From: Octopus bimaculoides | Lineage: Eukaryota | DNA: 64,000 nucleotides | Direction of reading: 5' to 3' | NCBI RefSeq assembly: GCF_001194135.2 | Contig: NC_068985.1 | Span: 21,204,266 to 21,268,265 of the forward strand | Shown here: in pieces, positions 1 to 10,512 of the stretch | Position numbering within the stretch: the first letter of the stretch is position 1 | Layout: each line of letters starts with the position of its first letter | Made by a program: the position numbers and the translations under genes | Notes under the pieces: generated by a model | The model's database searches: none | Told to the model about the DNA's origin: nothing | What the model saw: the letters and a program-made list of their open reading frames with translations, nothing else

Positions 1-183
1 ATATATATATATATACATATTACCTTTTTTCATTCTGGACTATTTATTCTGGACTTTTTTATTCTGAACTTTGCACTCTCCGGCTGCACCTCTCCTGCCT
101 ACGGATTACTCTGTACCTATCTACTGATAAGAAATCGCCACAATACACCACAACATCTGAAGCCTTTGAACTTTTTCACTTGT

Positions 184-192
184 GTAAAACCT

Positions 193-245
<53 letters not shown>

Positions 246-246
246 T
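184..246. repeat. (TTA)n microsatellite
   Basis: Run of tta units visible directly; explains the poly-Leu ORF at 166-558. Confidence 0.95.
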
Positions 247-615
247 TTATATTTTCTTTACTTTCCTTTACTTACTGTCTCTTCGTACTGTGAATGTCCT
301 TACTCTGTTTTCTCTAATCTGCACCTGTTACTTTGTCTCCCTCTCCCTCCATTTCTTTTCTCCTCTCGTCTTCTCCTCTCCCTTTCTCCCCATTTTCTCT
401 CTATTGTCCCATCTTCCTCTTTTCTTTCTGTTTTGGTTTTTTTTTTCTCCCACTTTGCATATATTTACTTCTCCTCACGCCTTATTCATTTTTTCTCTTC
501 ACGCCTTTTTCATTTTTTCTCTTCACGCCTTTATTATTTTTCCCCACACCTTTTGTAATTTTCCTTCCCATGTCTGATTTCCTCCTCTGGTTTTTTTTTT
601 TTCGCTCATACCATC

Positions 616-888
616 ATGCCAGACTACAAATCTTTCCAACTCACTCTCCACAACCGCCTAAAACTATACCTCTGCACACTTCCCTCTCAATACTTTCAAC
701 CTTCTATCAAACTCTCATTACTCATTTTCAAAAAACCTCATTTCTCTACTCACATTTCGTTTCTCAGTCGCTGCTTACATCACCACCTCATCCCTAAAGG
801 TTTCCGCCTCCATTTCCACCCCACTCTCCAACCACCATCCTACCCATACTCTGCACCACATCCTACCGCCTTATGGGGGCCAGCATTC
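616..888 (+). mobile_element. Penelope-like retroelement ORF N-terminus, truncated by assembly gap
   Basis: Translation contains HISFLSRCLHHHLIPKGFRLHF, matching from memory the HxxFLxxCxxxxLIPKG motif at the N-terminus of Penelope/GIY-YIG RT ORFs. Sequence runs into Ns at 889. Confidence 0.55.
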
Positions 889-1731
889 NNNNNNNNNNNN
901 NNNNNNNNNNNNNNNNNNNNNNNNNNNNNNNNNNNNNNNNNNNNNNNNNNNNNNNNNNNNNNNNNNNNNNNNNNNNNNNNNNNNNNNNNNNNNNNNNNNN
1001 NNNNNNNNNNNNNNNNNNNNNNNNNNNNNNNNNNNNNNNNNNNNNNNNNNNNNNNNNNNNNNNNNNNNNNNNNNNNNNNNNNNNNNNNNNNNNNNNNNNN
1101 NNNNNNNNNNNNNNNNNNNNNNNNNNNNNNNNNNNNNNNNNNNNNNNNNNNNNNNNNNNNNNNNNNNNNNNNNNNNNNNNNNNNNNNNNNNNNNNNNNNN
1201 NNNNNNNNNNNNNNNNNNNNNNNNNNNNNNNNNNNNNNNNNNNNNNNNNNNNNNNNNNNNNNNNNNNNNNNNNNNNNNNNNNNNNNNNNNNNNNNNNNNN
1301 NNNNNNNNNNNNNNNNNNNNNNNNNNNNNNNNNNNNNNNNNNNNNNNNNNNNNNNNNNNNNNNNNNNNNNNNNNNNNNNNNNNNNNNNNNNNNNNNNNNN
1401 NNNNNNNNNNNNNNNNNNNNNNNNNNNNNNNNNNNNNNNNNNNNNNNNNNNNNNNNNNNNNNNNNNNNNNNNNNNNNNNNNNNNNNNNNNNNNNNNNNNN
1501 NNNNNNNNNNNNNNNNNNNNNNNNNNNNNNNNNNNNNNNNNNNNNNNNNNNNNNNNNNNNNNNNNNNNNNNNNNNNNNNNNNNNNNNNNNNNNNNNNNNN
1601 NNNNNNNNNNNNNNNNNNNNNNNNNNNNNNNNNNNNNNNNNNNNNNNNNNNNNNNNNNNNNNNNNNNNNNNNNNNNNNNNNNNNNNNNNNNNNNNNNNNN
1701 NNNNNNNNNNNNNNNNNNNNNNNNNNNNNNN
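889..1731. other. Assembly gap
   Basis: N run. Confidence 1.
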
Positions 1732-2076
1732 ATATACATATATATCAGAAAATGCTTCCTGCAAATCATACTAGTCTAATGTATTTATATATATACATAT
1801 GGTGCATGTGGATAGAAAGGGTTAAATCTAAGGTGTGTTCTTGAGAAATGTATGTAGATGTTTTACTTTCTTTTATTTTAAATAAGAAATTCATATATAC
1901 TAGTTGAAAGTCCTGATGAATCCTATTTTAGTGTAAATATATATATTAAACAAAGACTGGAAAATTTGCTATATTTCTAAAAATATACCAGATTTTCTAG
2001 TCTTCATTTTAATATATACTTACTCTGCAAATTTTAAAAACATACCAAATTTTCCACTCTTTGCTTTTTGAGGTTG

Positions 2077-2109
<33 letters not shown>

Positions 2110-2123
2110 TTGTGTGTGAGCAC

Positions 2124-2154
<31 letters not shown>

Positions 2155-2289
2155 CCATGATCATACTAGTGAGGTTGTTCATTTCCAATCTTCTGTGAAA
2201 AACCTGTCTGACCATGAAGACATATTACCTTGCTTGGAAACAAGAGAGTAAGGCATCCAGAAGTGGAAAGTCTACATCAACAAATTCCC

Positions 2290-2610
2290 ATTTGAACCAT
2301 GCAAGCATGGAAAAGTGGACATTAACCCTTTTGTTACTGTATTTATTTCTGAACCCAGAACCATGTGGTTGGGAAGCAAGCTTCTTACGATACAACCACA
2401 TTTGAAACTTTAACAACAGTGTAAAATTTTCACCACTAAAGGACTGCCTGAAACAGTTCTAGCCAAGAATGGTACTTAAGTTATATCATCTAAATTCAAG
2501 AGGTTTTGCAAAATAAGTGGACATTAAACATTTGAAGTCACTTGTTTCCCATTGTGTTTTCAAATGGTGAAGCAGAGTGCATTGTTCAAACAAAAAATCC
2601 CAAACAGCAT
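2290..2610 (+). mobile_element. Degenerate Ty3/Gypsy integrase core fragment
   Basis: Manual translation from 2429: FTTKGLPETVLAKNGT*VISSKFKRFCKISG / IKHLKS / FSNGEAECIVQT, matching the integrase pattern GLPExIVSDNGxQFxSxEFxxFCxxxGIxH...SNGxAER, with a stop and frameshifts. Confidence 0.75.
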
Positions 2611-2759
2611 GCCATAAAATCCATTTGTTGGTTGGAGTACAATCAAAATATTTTGTTCTCATTGTCTGCAACAGATCAGCCATTAGATAGGAAAATCATC
2701 CATAGAAGTGCTATAAACTATTGTGTCATTATTGCTGTGAAGGTCAGGAGCTGTCAGAA

Positions 2760-2940
2760 TCATTAGCAACATTTCATTCATCTTTATGTTTTGAGTTCAA
2801 ATTCTGCCAAGTTCAGTTTTGCCTTTCATCCTTACAGGGTCAGTAAAATAAGTACCAGTTGTGCACTGGAGTCAATGGGATCAACTTACCCTCTCCCCAG
2901 AAATTTCTGATCTTGTTTCAAAACTTGAAATAATTATTAT
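2760..2940 (+). mobile_element. SINE family B copy (tRNA-like B-box, degraded)
   Basis: gagttcaaattctgccaagttcagttttgcctttcatcc...aagtaccag block is shared with copies at 7735-8180, 46110-46320 and 56975-57175. Confidence 0.7.
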
Positions 2941-3049
2941 TGTTGTAAAACCATGGTCAAATGGAAAACAAGTAAACAGTTCAAATAAATTATATGGTTA
3001 AATCAATAGAATAAAAAGTACAATGAACTTGCAATGAGGAGAGGAAAAT

Positions 3050-3270
3050 TCAACATTTCAGACAGTGTGTCTTCAAGGAAAAGTTGACAGGAGAGAATTT
3101 AATGAGATGCAGTAAAGTTTTATATTCTCTAAGTTAAAACAACTAGCCACAGGTTTTTGTTTTTTCTTTTAATTCAGAGGATGTAAAAATTTGCTGTCTT
3201 CAATAATTTCATTAATTTTTTTCCTGTCAACTTTTCTCTGAAGAAGGCCTCTGTCCAAAACACCGGCTTT
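3050..3270. repeat. Imperfect inverted repeat with degenerate hammerhead-like cores at the outer ends (Penelope-type terminal structure?)
   Basis: cttcaaggaaaagttgacaggagagaatttaatgaga (~3071) is the near reverse complement of tttcattaattttttcctgtcaacttttctctgaag (~3207-3243). Both ends carry (C/T)TGAAGA...(G/A)AAA(C/T). Confidence 0.5.
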
Positions 3271-3569
3271 TCCATTTTCCATGGCAAGTTCATTACATTT
3301 GTTTTATTGATTTTACTAAATAATACGTGTCTTTCCAATGCAGATGAACACCAACCTCTTTGGAGTCTGTTTGATCCAATAAATTATGCATTGGACAATT
3401 GGTGTTTATCAGGGATTATCAAAAGCAAAATAGATCTGTGGTGCAATTACAAAGAAACTCAGTTCAATAGTGTATTTGATTCAAACAGACAAGGATTAGA
3501 TCCAATTACAAGATTATCCAGTACAATTGCTGACCAGTCATACACACATTGAATATGTCTGATGACTTC

Positions 3570-4050
3570 ATCATCATCCTCATCATCATCATCGTTGTCA
3601 TCTTCATCATAGTCATCATTATCATTTAACATCTGTTTTCCATGCTGGTATGGGTTGGATGGTTTGACAGGAGCTGGCAAGGCCAGGAGCTACGCCAGAT
3701 TTGATTGTCTGTTTTGGCATGGTTTCTATAACTGGATACCTCTCCTAATGCCAAACACTTTATAGAGTGTACTGGGTGCTTTTTATGTATCACCAGCACC
3801 TGTGTTTTTCATGCAGAACCATCAACAATGCTTTTTATGTGGTACCATTACTAGTTCTTTTAATGTGGCACCAGCACCATCAGGGTCACCATGTACCTTG
3901 CAAGACAAAAACTCCTCAACTGGGAATGGAGGTCAGAGTAGTATTGAGGGTGTGTGACTTTGTGCCCGTTGAGAGATTTAAGGCATAGAAAGGACAGATA
4001 CAGGCATCTTGTTGTAGCATAGATGCATGGATACCCCAGTTAGCAAACAA
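3570..4050 (-). mobile_element. SINE family A copy ((GAT)n-tailed, RTE-type tail)
   Basis: (cat)n run followed by ttaacatctgttttccatgctggtatgggttggatgg...ggatacctctcctaatgccaaacac; same block occurs more than 12 times in the window. Confidence 0.75.
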
Positions 4051-4344
4051 AGAGTGGGTTAGAGAGTAAGATAAAGAGACAGATAGTGAGAGAGATGATG
4101 GCAAAGATGTGTTAGGACATGCCCTGGAAGGACATTGGGGGTGGTGAGAATAGATGTGGCTTGGGCTGTGTGAGTGGGCAGGATGAGGTAACTGTGGCAA
4201 ATGATGGAGGGAAATATAGGAGAGGCTCAGCGGCAGGGGTTGCAGTAGATATGTGAGGACATTGCAGGTGATAGCAGGAAGTGAGGTGTTGATGATGGGG
4301 AGCAGCACAGGGAGGAGAGGAAAGAGGCAGATTGGTGGAGAGAG

Positions 4345-4446
4345 NNNNNNNNNNNNNNNNNNNNNNNNNNNNNNNNNNNNNNNNNNNNNNNNNNNNNNNN
4401 NNNNNNNNNNNNNNNNNNNNNNNNNNNNNNNNNNNNNNNNNNNNNN
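4345..4446. other. Assembly gap
   Basis: N run. Confidence 1.
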
Positions 4447-5199
4447 GGGGAATAACTGGTGAGGGAGGTAACTGAGAAAGTCAGGGGATGTAGTATGTGC
4501 CTATACTGCTCTCAGATGATAGAGGAAGTGATGGGTGGTAGATCAAATATGGGGGGGAGGAAGAAGAGTGATGGGGTAAATAGGCTGGAGGTAAGCATTG
4601 CCACTGTCATCAGTTACTCTTTGCCAATCATGATCAAGTCATTGCTATAATCACACAGAGCCACCTGGTAGCAACAAATACTGGAATGATAACTCACTAT
4701 CATCAATGAAAAATTTACAGTTTATTGTTATTTCAGATTATGCTTTAAAATCTTGTGCTATTTACCAATTTAATACATATCTTGTTGTTGAAAAATATTT
4801 ACCATATAATATTATCTTTTCAATGCATGTCAATCGTTATAATTTATGATTTGATTAAATTTAGAAGCAACCATTAATGTATTTGAAATTCAATTATTAT
4901 GTCTTATCTTCGTTGTCATTAATTCAATATAATCTGTGCAAACTGTTCAAGTGAGTAGTTATATTTCTTATAATACATTGTATTTTGGTTACAGCTTTCT
5001 ATCTATCTATCCATCTATCTATCTATCAATCTATCTATCCATCTATCTATCTATCTCTCAATCTCTCTCTATATATATATCTGTGTGTGTGTGTGTGTGT
5101 GTGTGTCTGTGTGTGTGTGTATGTATACATATATGTTTGTTTTTGATTTTGTTGACTACACAGTATGGTAGGGTCAGTTCAGCACCATCTGTGAGAAAA

Positions 5200-5926
5200 A
5201 CAGCACCATGATGCAATTCACTCTGCCAGAAATTTGGAAATGACATGCTGTATTGCTTGGCATTCATGCCGGAAGCTCCAATATGAACATTTCAGAGTGT
5301 TTGAGTGTCAATCTGAGGAAAGTGCAATCTGAGTGACAAAAATCAAACATCCAGTCAACATCATGGTGTTTGAAGTGATCACTAATGATCTTCCCACATG
5401 GCCTCACACTTAACGCAGAGGCCTACGTCAAGTGCCTGGAGGAGGTAGTGCTGCCTTGGGTCAACAAGGTGGCTGCTGGAACACCCTATGTCTGGCAACA
5501 GGACTCTGCACCGTGCCACACAAGCAGGAGAACCCAGTCATGGCTGTCAGACAATTTCTGCAACCACATCACCTCTAAAATTTGGCCTTCTAACTCCCCA
5601 GACTGCAACCCTCTTGATTATGATATGTGAGGTGCAGTTGAGTGAGAGACCAACAAAACTCCTTGTAACACCAAAGATGAACTGAAGGCAAGGATTATAA
5701 CAGTATTCAACAACTTAAACAAGGAGACCATCGAGAAGATTTGCAGGAGATTCCACAGTCAGCTGGAGACTGTGGCTGAAGCCAATGGCGATTTTATTAA
5801 ATGAATTTACCCTTTAGTATTTCAAGATATTTTAATGTAATTTTGGTAAATATATGTTAAAATAAGATGTTAGTATTATTTTCATTTTTGTGTAATTTAG
5901 ACAACATTTTTTTCCACAGCACCCTG
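5200..5926 (+). mobile_element. Tc1/mariner DD37D (maT-type) transposon remnant, C-terminal half plus right TIR
   Basis: ORF 5385-5630 has WQQDSAPCH...WPSNSPDCNPLDY with 37 residues between the last two Asp. The frame continues past a stop (GAVERETNKTPCNTKDELKARI...). Ends ...cagcaccctg followed by TA at 5927. Confidence 0.85.
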
Positions 5927-5934
5927 TATATATA

Positions 5935-5980
<46 letters not shown>

Positions 5981-6088
5981 TCATTAGCCACCAATGGAGC
6001 CACAAATGCAAAATATAAGTTAGTCCTAGAGAGCACAATGTTCCTGAAGGTCAGCAATGGTCTTCCTCGGTCACGAGTGGATGGCCAT

Positions 6089-6130
<42 letters not shown>

Positions 6131-6616
6131 AACATACATTGACTCACTCATGCATGCACACACACACACATCTACATTGATTTGTCATATTTGATCTGCA
6201 CCTTTGGCATGCATGTGTCACATACATCTATGTATATATGAGCTGCTCCGATAGATAAACCCCACATTGGATAACATTGAAGAAAACCCTTGAATACGCA
6301 GCAGTACTGTTTTCTTTGCTGACTACAATATTCCAGGTGTGAATATTCACATCTGGTAGAATTGAGTTGATTCAAAACGTTAGTAGATTAGCTATGTCAT
6401 GAAAAAAAAAATGGAGATGTTACTGTCACAATTTTGTTATTTTATGTTGCTAAAACTATAAGCTGTGGAAGTTGCTTAATGAGTTGATACTTATAAATCT
6501 TTTTTTATGACAATAATCAGTTGATTACATTGTGTAAATAAAGTGTTTGGGACCCACTAATATTGATAGCAATAATTGGATGATAACATTATCTGTGATT
6601 ATAATAAATTTCATCT

Positions 6617-6990
6617 CATCGTTATTATTTAATGTCCGCTTTCCATGTTGATATGGGCAGGATGGTTTGACAATGAGCCGCCAGGCTGCATCAAGCTTCA
6701 ATGTCATATCTGGCATGGTTTCTACAGCTTTATGTCCTTCCAAATGCCAGCTGCTTTACAGAGTGTTTTTTTTTTTGTTTTTTTTTATTCACCACCACTA
6801 GTGAGGTTCTCGTGTAATTTGTAAGACAGAAAAGAACAGAGAAAGAGAAGAGAGAAAGGGAAGAAAAAGCTTCCACTACTAAGAAGTTTTGGAGAGCACA
6901 AGATGGAGGTGAATGGCTGTATACCAGGTGTTGAAAGACAAAAATACAATAGAGGATAGGCATCTTGCTAGACAGGAGATATATGGCTGA
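6617..6990 (-). mobile_element. SINE family A copy
   Basis: tttaatgtccgctttccatgttgatatgggcaggatggtttgac... block plus the internal segment shared with other copies. Confidence 0.7.
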
Positions 6991-7084
6991 AGGAGATAAG
7001 AGAAAAGTAGTGATGGGATACTAGAGCAAACTCTAGTGGCACAGGAACAAGAAGGTGAGCATCAGAGAGGACAAGGGTTGTGGA

Positions 7085-7390
7085 TAATACAGTTCTATAT
7101 TTAAGAGATGAGGAATTATGTACATTATTTACATTATTTACAATTGACAGATATTTGTCCTCATTTTGTTTGTTGTTAACACAACGTTTCGACTAATATA
7201 CCTTCCAGCCTTCATCAGGTGTCTTGGGGAAATTTGGAACCTGGGTTCTCATTCCTAAGGTATTTTTCGATGTTGTTGTTGTTATCATTATTATTATTAT
7301 TATTATTATTGTTATTATTCAGGTCACTGCCCAGGATCGAACTCGGAATCTTGGAGTTAGTAGCCCACACTCTTAACCACTATGCCATAG
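7085..7390 (-). mobile_element. tRNA-derived SINE with A/B boxes, (AAT/AAC)n linker and hammerhead-like 3' domain
   Basis: Minus strand reads tatggcatagtggttaagagtgtgggctactaactccaagattccgagttcgatcctgggc (A box TGGCATAGTGG, B box GAGTTCGATCC), then aat/aac repeats, then cCTGATGAaggctg-gaaggtatat-tagtcGAAACg. Confidence 0.7.
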
Positions 7391-7734
7391 GATTGTGGAT
7401 TATAGGAAGAGATGAGAGAGTGAATGTTTTTATAAGAGTGTGAGGAAGGAATAAACAAGTGTCTGGAGAGGTTAGTGTAGTAAACGATTAAAAAGGGTGG
7501 GGATGCAAATGGTGGGAAATGCCAAACTGCAGAAGGGTAAGGTAGGAGATACAGGAATAGCTCAGGAAGGAGGATAGAACAGATTGGGCTTTGTAGTGGG
7601 TTCCACACTCTATTTCAGTATCCAATATATACATAGTGAAACTGATAATCCTACAGACCATTGGCATAATCAAATAAAGACAAAAAAAAAATGGAAATGA
7701 ATCATATATCACTAACCTAATATTTTTTTCTACT

Positions 7735-8180
7735 CTAGGCACAAGGCCTGAAATTTTGGGGGAGGGGTCCAGCCAAACAACTGGTACTTAATTTATCGAC
7801 CCCGAAAGGATGAAAACCAAAGTCGACTTCAGCAGAATTTGAACTCAGAACATAAAGACAGACAAAATACCACTAAGCATTTCACTCGGCATGCTAATGT
7901 TTCTTATTTCTTTACTCCCCACAAGGGACTACACAAAGAGGTGACAAACAAGGACAAACGGATTAAGTCGATTATATCAACCCAAGTGCGTAACTGGTAC
8001 TTATTTAATCGACCCCCAAAAGGATGAAAGGCAAAGTCGACCTNNNNNNNNNNTCGACCCCCAAAAGGATGAAAGGCAAAGTCGACCTCGGCGGAATTTG
8101 AACTCAGAACATAAAGACAGACAAAATACTGCTAAGCATTTCATCTGGCATGCTAATGTTTCTGCCAGCTCACACCTTTC
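7735..8180 (-). mobile_element. Two adjacent SINE family B copies (second interrupted by a 10-N gap)
   Basis: atcgaccccgaaaggatgaaa...aagtcgac...gaatttgaactcagaac...ctaagcatttc occurs twice. Confidence 0.8.
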
Positions 8181-8439
8181 ACTAGCCTAATATTGTTACC
8201 TAGGTCTACAAGATATGGACGTGTTCTGGCATAGAAGTCATCTGCCTTCAATGTTGTTAGAAAATAGAAGAGGAAGAAAACATCTATGAGTCACTGATGA
8301 GTAGTTTGTTACTGCAGTACTCAAAGCACCAACATAATTTTATTTCGATTATTGGATCAAAAGTCTGCTATCTTTATTAAACATTCCAACATCTCTCAGT
8401 CTCTCTCAAAGGATATCAACTACGAGTGGAACCTTGTGA

Positions 8440-8520
8440 CAGTGTATGCTATCTTCAAAAAAAGCAACCACTCTGATCTTACCAACTACAAACACATCTG
8501 TCCTACTACTACCACTACTC
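8440..8520 (+). mobile_element. CR1/Jockey-type RT fragment
   Basis: IFKKSNHSDLTNYKHIC resembles the conserved PIxKKGDxSxxxNYRPISL motif; short and decayed. Confidence 0.4.
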
Positions 8521-8764
8521 CCAACATCTACAAGGGGATGTCACAAATAACCAATGTTCATTATTATTTTGAATCTCTTTTTCTCTTCAGTTACCACCAG
8601 TTGTTTCTTTACAGCCAGGGCAACCAGAGATTTGCTATTTCATGTCACACTAATTTTTTTCTTGCCTGGAGAATTTTTGTGAAAGCAACATTGTTGCTTT
8701 TGGTATTGACAAAGACTTTAACTATATATATATATATATATAATCATCATCATCATCATCATCG

Positions 8765-9225
8765 ATGACTGGCACCTGTGCTAGTGGAGCACTAACACCA
8801 CTGTCCGAGCGTGATCATTGCCAGAGCAGCTGTCTGGTTTCCGTGCTAGTGGCATGTAAATAACACCATTTGAGTGTGATCACCTTACTGGCACGTGAAA
8901 AAATATTTGAGCGAGGTCATTGCCAGTGCTGCTGGACTGGCTCCTGTGCGTGTGGCACATAAAAAACACCACTTTGAGCGTGGCCGTTGCCAGTACTGTC
9001 TGCCTGACCCTCGTGCCGGTGGCACATAAAAGCACCCACTACACTCTCGGAGTGGTTGGCGTTAGAAAGGGCATCCAGCTGTAGAAACTCTGCCAGATCA
9101 GATTGGAGCCTGGTGTAGCCATCTTGTTCACCAGTCCTCAGTCAAATCGTCCAACCCATGCTAGCATGGAAAGTGGACGTTAAAACGATGATAGTGATGA
9201 TGATGTATTTTATCACCTATTGAAG
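8765..9225 (+). mobile_element. SINE family A young copy with internal ~60-bp tandem units
   Basis: Four to five diverged units (gtgccggtggcacrtaaaaa-cacca-ttgagcgtggyc-ttgccagt) followed by the conserved 3' block ending ggacgttaaaacgatgat. Confidence 0.85.
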
Positions 9226-9814
9226 CAACACTGAGACATTTGTATGTTCCAGTGAAAAGTATATTAGTTTGTATATCTACAAGATATAACTGGTTTCAAT
9301 TACAAGGTTATATAAGTGCTAATACTTTCAATATCGTTTATTTAATTTCTTGTAGACTCTACCACCTGTTATATACAACGCCCAGAATATTTCAAAAACA
9401 TTTTGTCAGCTGACTTCACTAATCACATGATCTTTTGTTTATTGATCATCTCTCTAAACTCATGTGACTTGGTTAGACAAAAGCAATAAGTTCATGAATT
9501 CAACCCGGAAACCTTAACACTAGAAATAAATATGCATCTTTCTTTACCCCCGACATATAAACAAAGTTCTGAGTCATAAATTCCCTCTTCAGTCTTACAT
9601 ATTTCTGCCTTAATGGTCAATTTTATATTCTTGTTACAAATTAAGTTCTCATTTTTTTTTTATGTAATGGAAGGGAAATAGCAGAATCCATAGACTTTCT
9701 CATGCAGGGCCATCCTTAGGAGGTGCGGAGCCCAGTTGGGAACAATTTTGGAGGGCTCCAGGTACCCAGTCAACTTGCACCAAGGTCTATAGAATCATAA
9801 AAATACAAAAATCT

Positions 9815-10026
9815 AGCCGTTAAAACCATGCTCCCATGCGGTGCCACATAAAAACACTCAGTCCACACTGCAAAGTGGTGGCGCTAGGAAAGGCATCCAG
9901 CTACAAAAAACATGCCAAACCAGACGAATGCCAGACGTAACCCCTGGCTTGTTGGCCACTGTCAAAACGTCCAACCCATACCAGCATGGAAAATAGATGT
10001 TAAATGATGATGATGATGATGATGAT
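9815..10026 (+). mobile_element. SINE family A copy (older)
   Basis: aggaaaggcatccagctac...cgtccaacccataccagcatggaaaatagatgttaaat(gat)n. Confidence 0.75.
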
Positions 10027-10331
10027 ATGCATATATTATGTATATATTTATATGTGTGTGTGTATATATATATGTATATATGTGTGTGTGTATGTGCCTG
10101 TGGTAACTGTCCGAAACATGGATAATTTGTTAATAAAATTTTCTACATATATGTCTCAGATGGTGTAGATTATGATTATATCGGAATTTGTTGTGTAAAG
10201 CATTTTTCTCTCCCTTTTAAATAAACTCAAAGGTAGCCGGTCCTCAATGTGGTTGTTTAGTATGCTAGAAATAGCAGCTATTAGGCATAAAAAAACAGCC
10301 ACAGTTCTGATCTCCTAATATGTCACAAAGG

Positions 10332-10512
10332 GGAAAAAAGTTCTTTGCAGTATACTAGGAGCCAAGATTAATTGATAGCACACAAAAAAAAAAAAAACGA
10401 GGTAAAAGAAATAATTCCAAGGTGGAGGTCCAAGAGCCTCACTCCAATTTTGGTGGAAAAAAGTTATTTGCAGTATATTAGGAGATGAGATTAGTTGATA
10501 GCACAAGAAAAA
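10332..10512 (+). repeat. Local ~55-bp direct duplication
   Basis: ggaaaaaagttctttgcagtatactaggagccaagattaattgatagcac (~10332) versus ggaaaaaagttatttgcagtatattaggagatgagattagttgatagcac (~10454). Confidence 0.8.

Noticed and set aside
166-797. Hydrophobic Leu/Phe-rich ORFs that look like membrane proteins
   Set aside because: Produced by (TTA)n and CT-rich low-complexity DNA. The same applies to the YIYI/HTHT/SLSL ORFs elsewhere.
840-1844. Long ORFs spanning N runs (also 4253-4462, 43297-43758, 63395-63987)
   Set aside because: Artefacts of translating assembly gaps; only 616-888 has informative sequence.
3307-3552. 81-codon ORF with protein-like composition
   Set aside because: No ATG start, no recognisable motif and no convincing splice pair; cannot be supported without a homology search.
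8008-8090. 35-bp direct repeat flanking a 10-N gap
   Set aside because: Identical sequence on both sides of a minimal gap is typical of an unmerged contig overlap, not a real duplication.
8765-9030. ~60-bp tandem units resembling a CRISPR-like array
   Set aside because: Units are diverged along their whole length, have no unique spacers, and are embedded in a eukaryotic SINE; there are no cas genes.
9710-9790. CAGGGCC... start and a gtgtgctgtggcatactggttg end (35900-35950) resembling hAT MITE termini
   Set aside because: No partner TIR or 8-bp TSD could be found for either.
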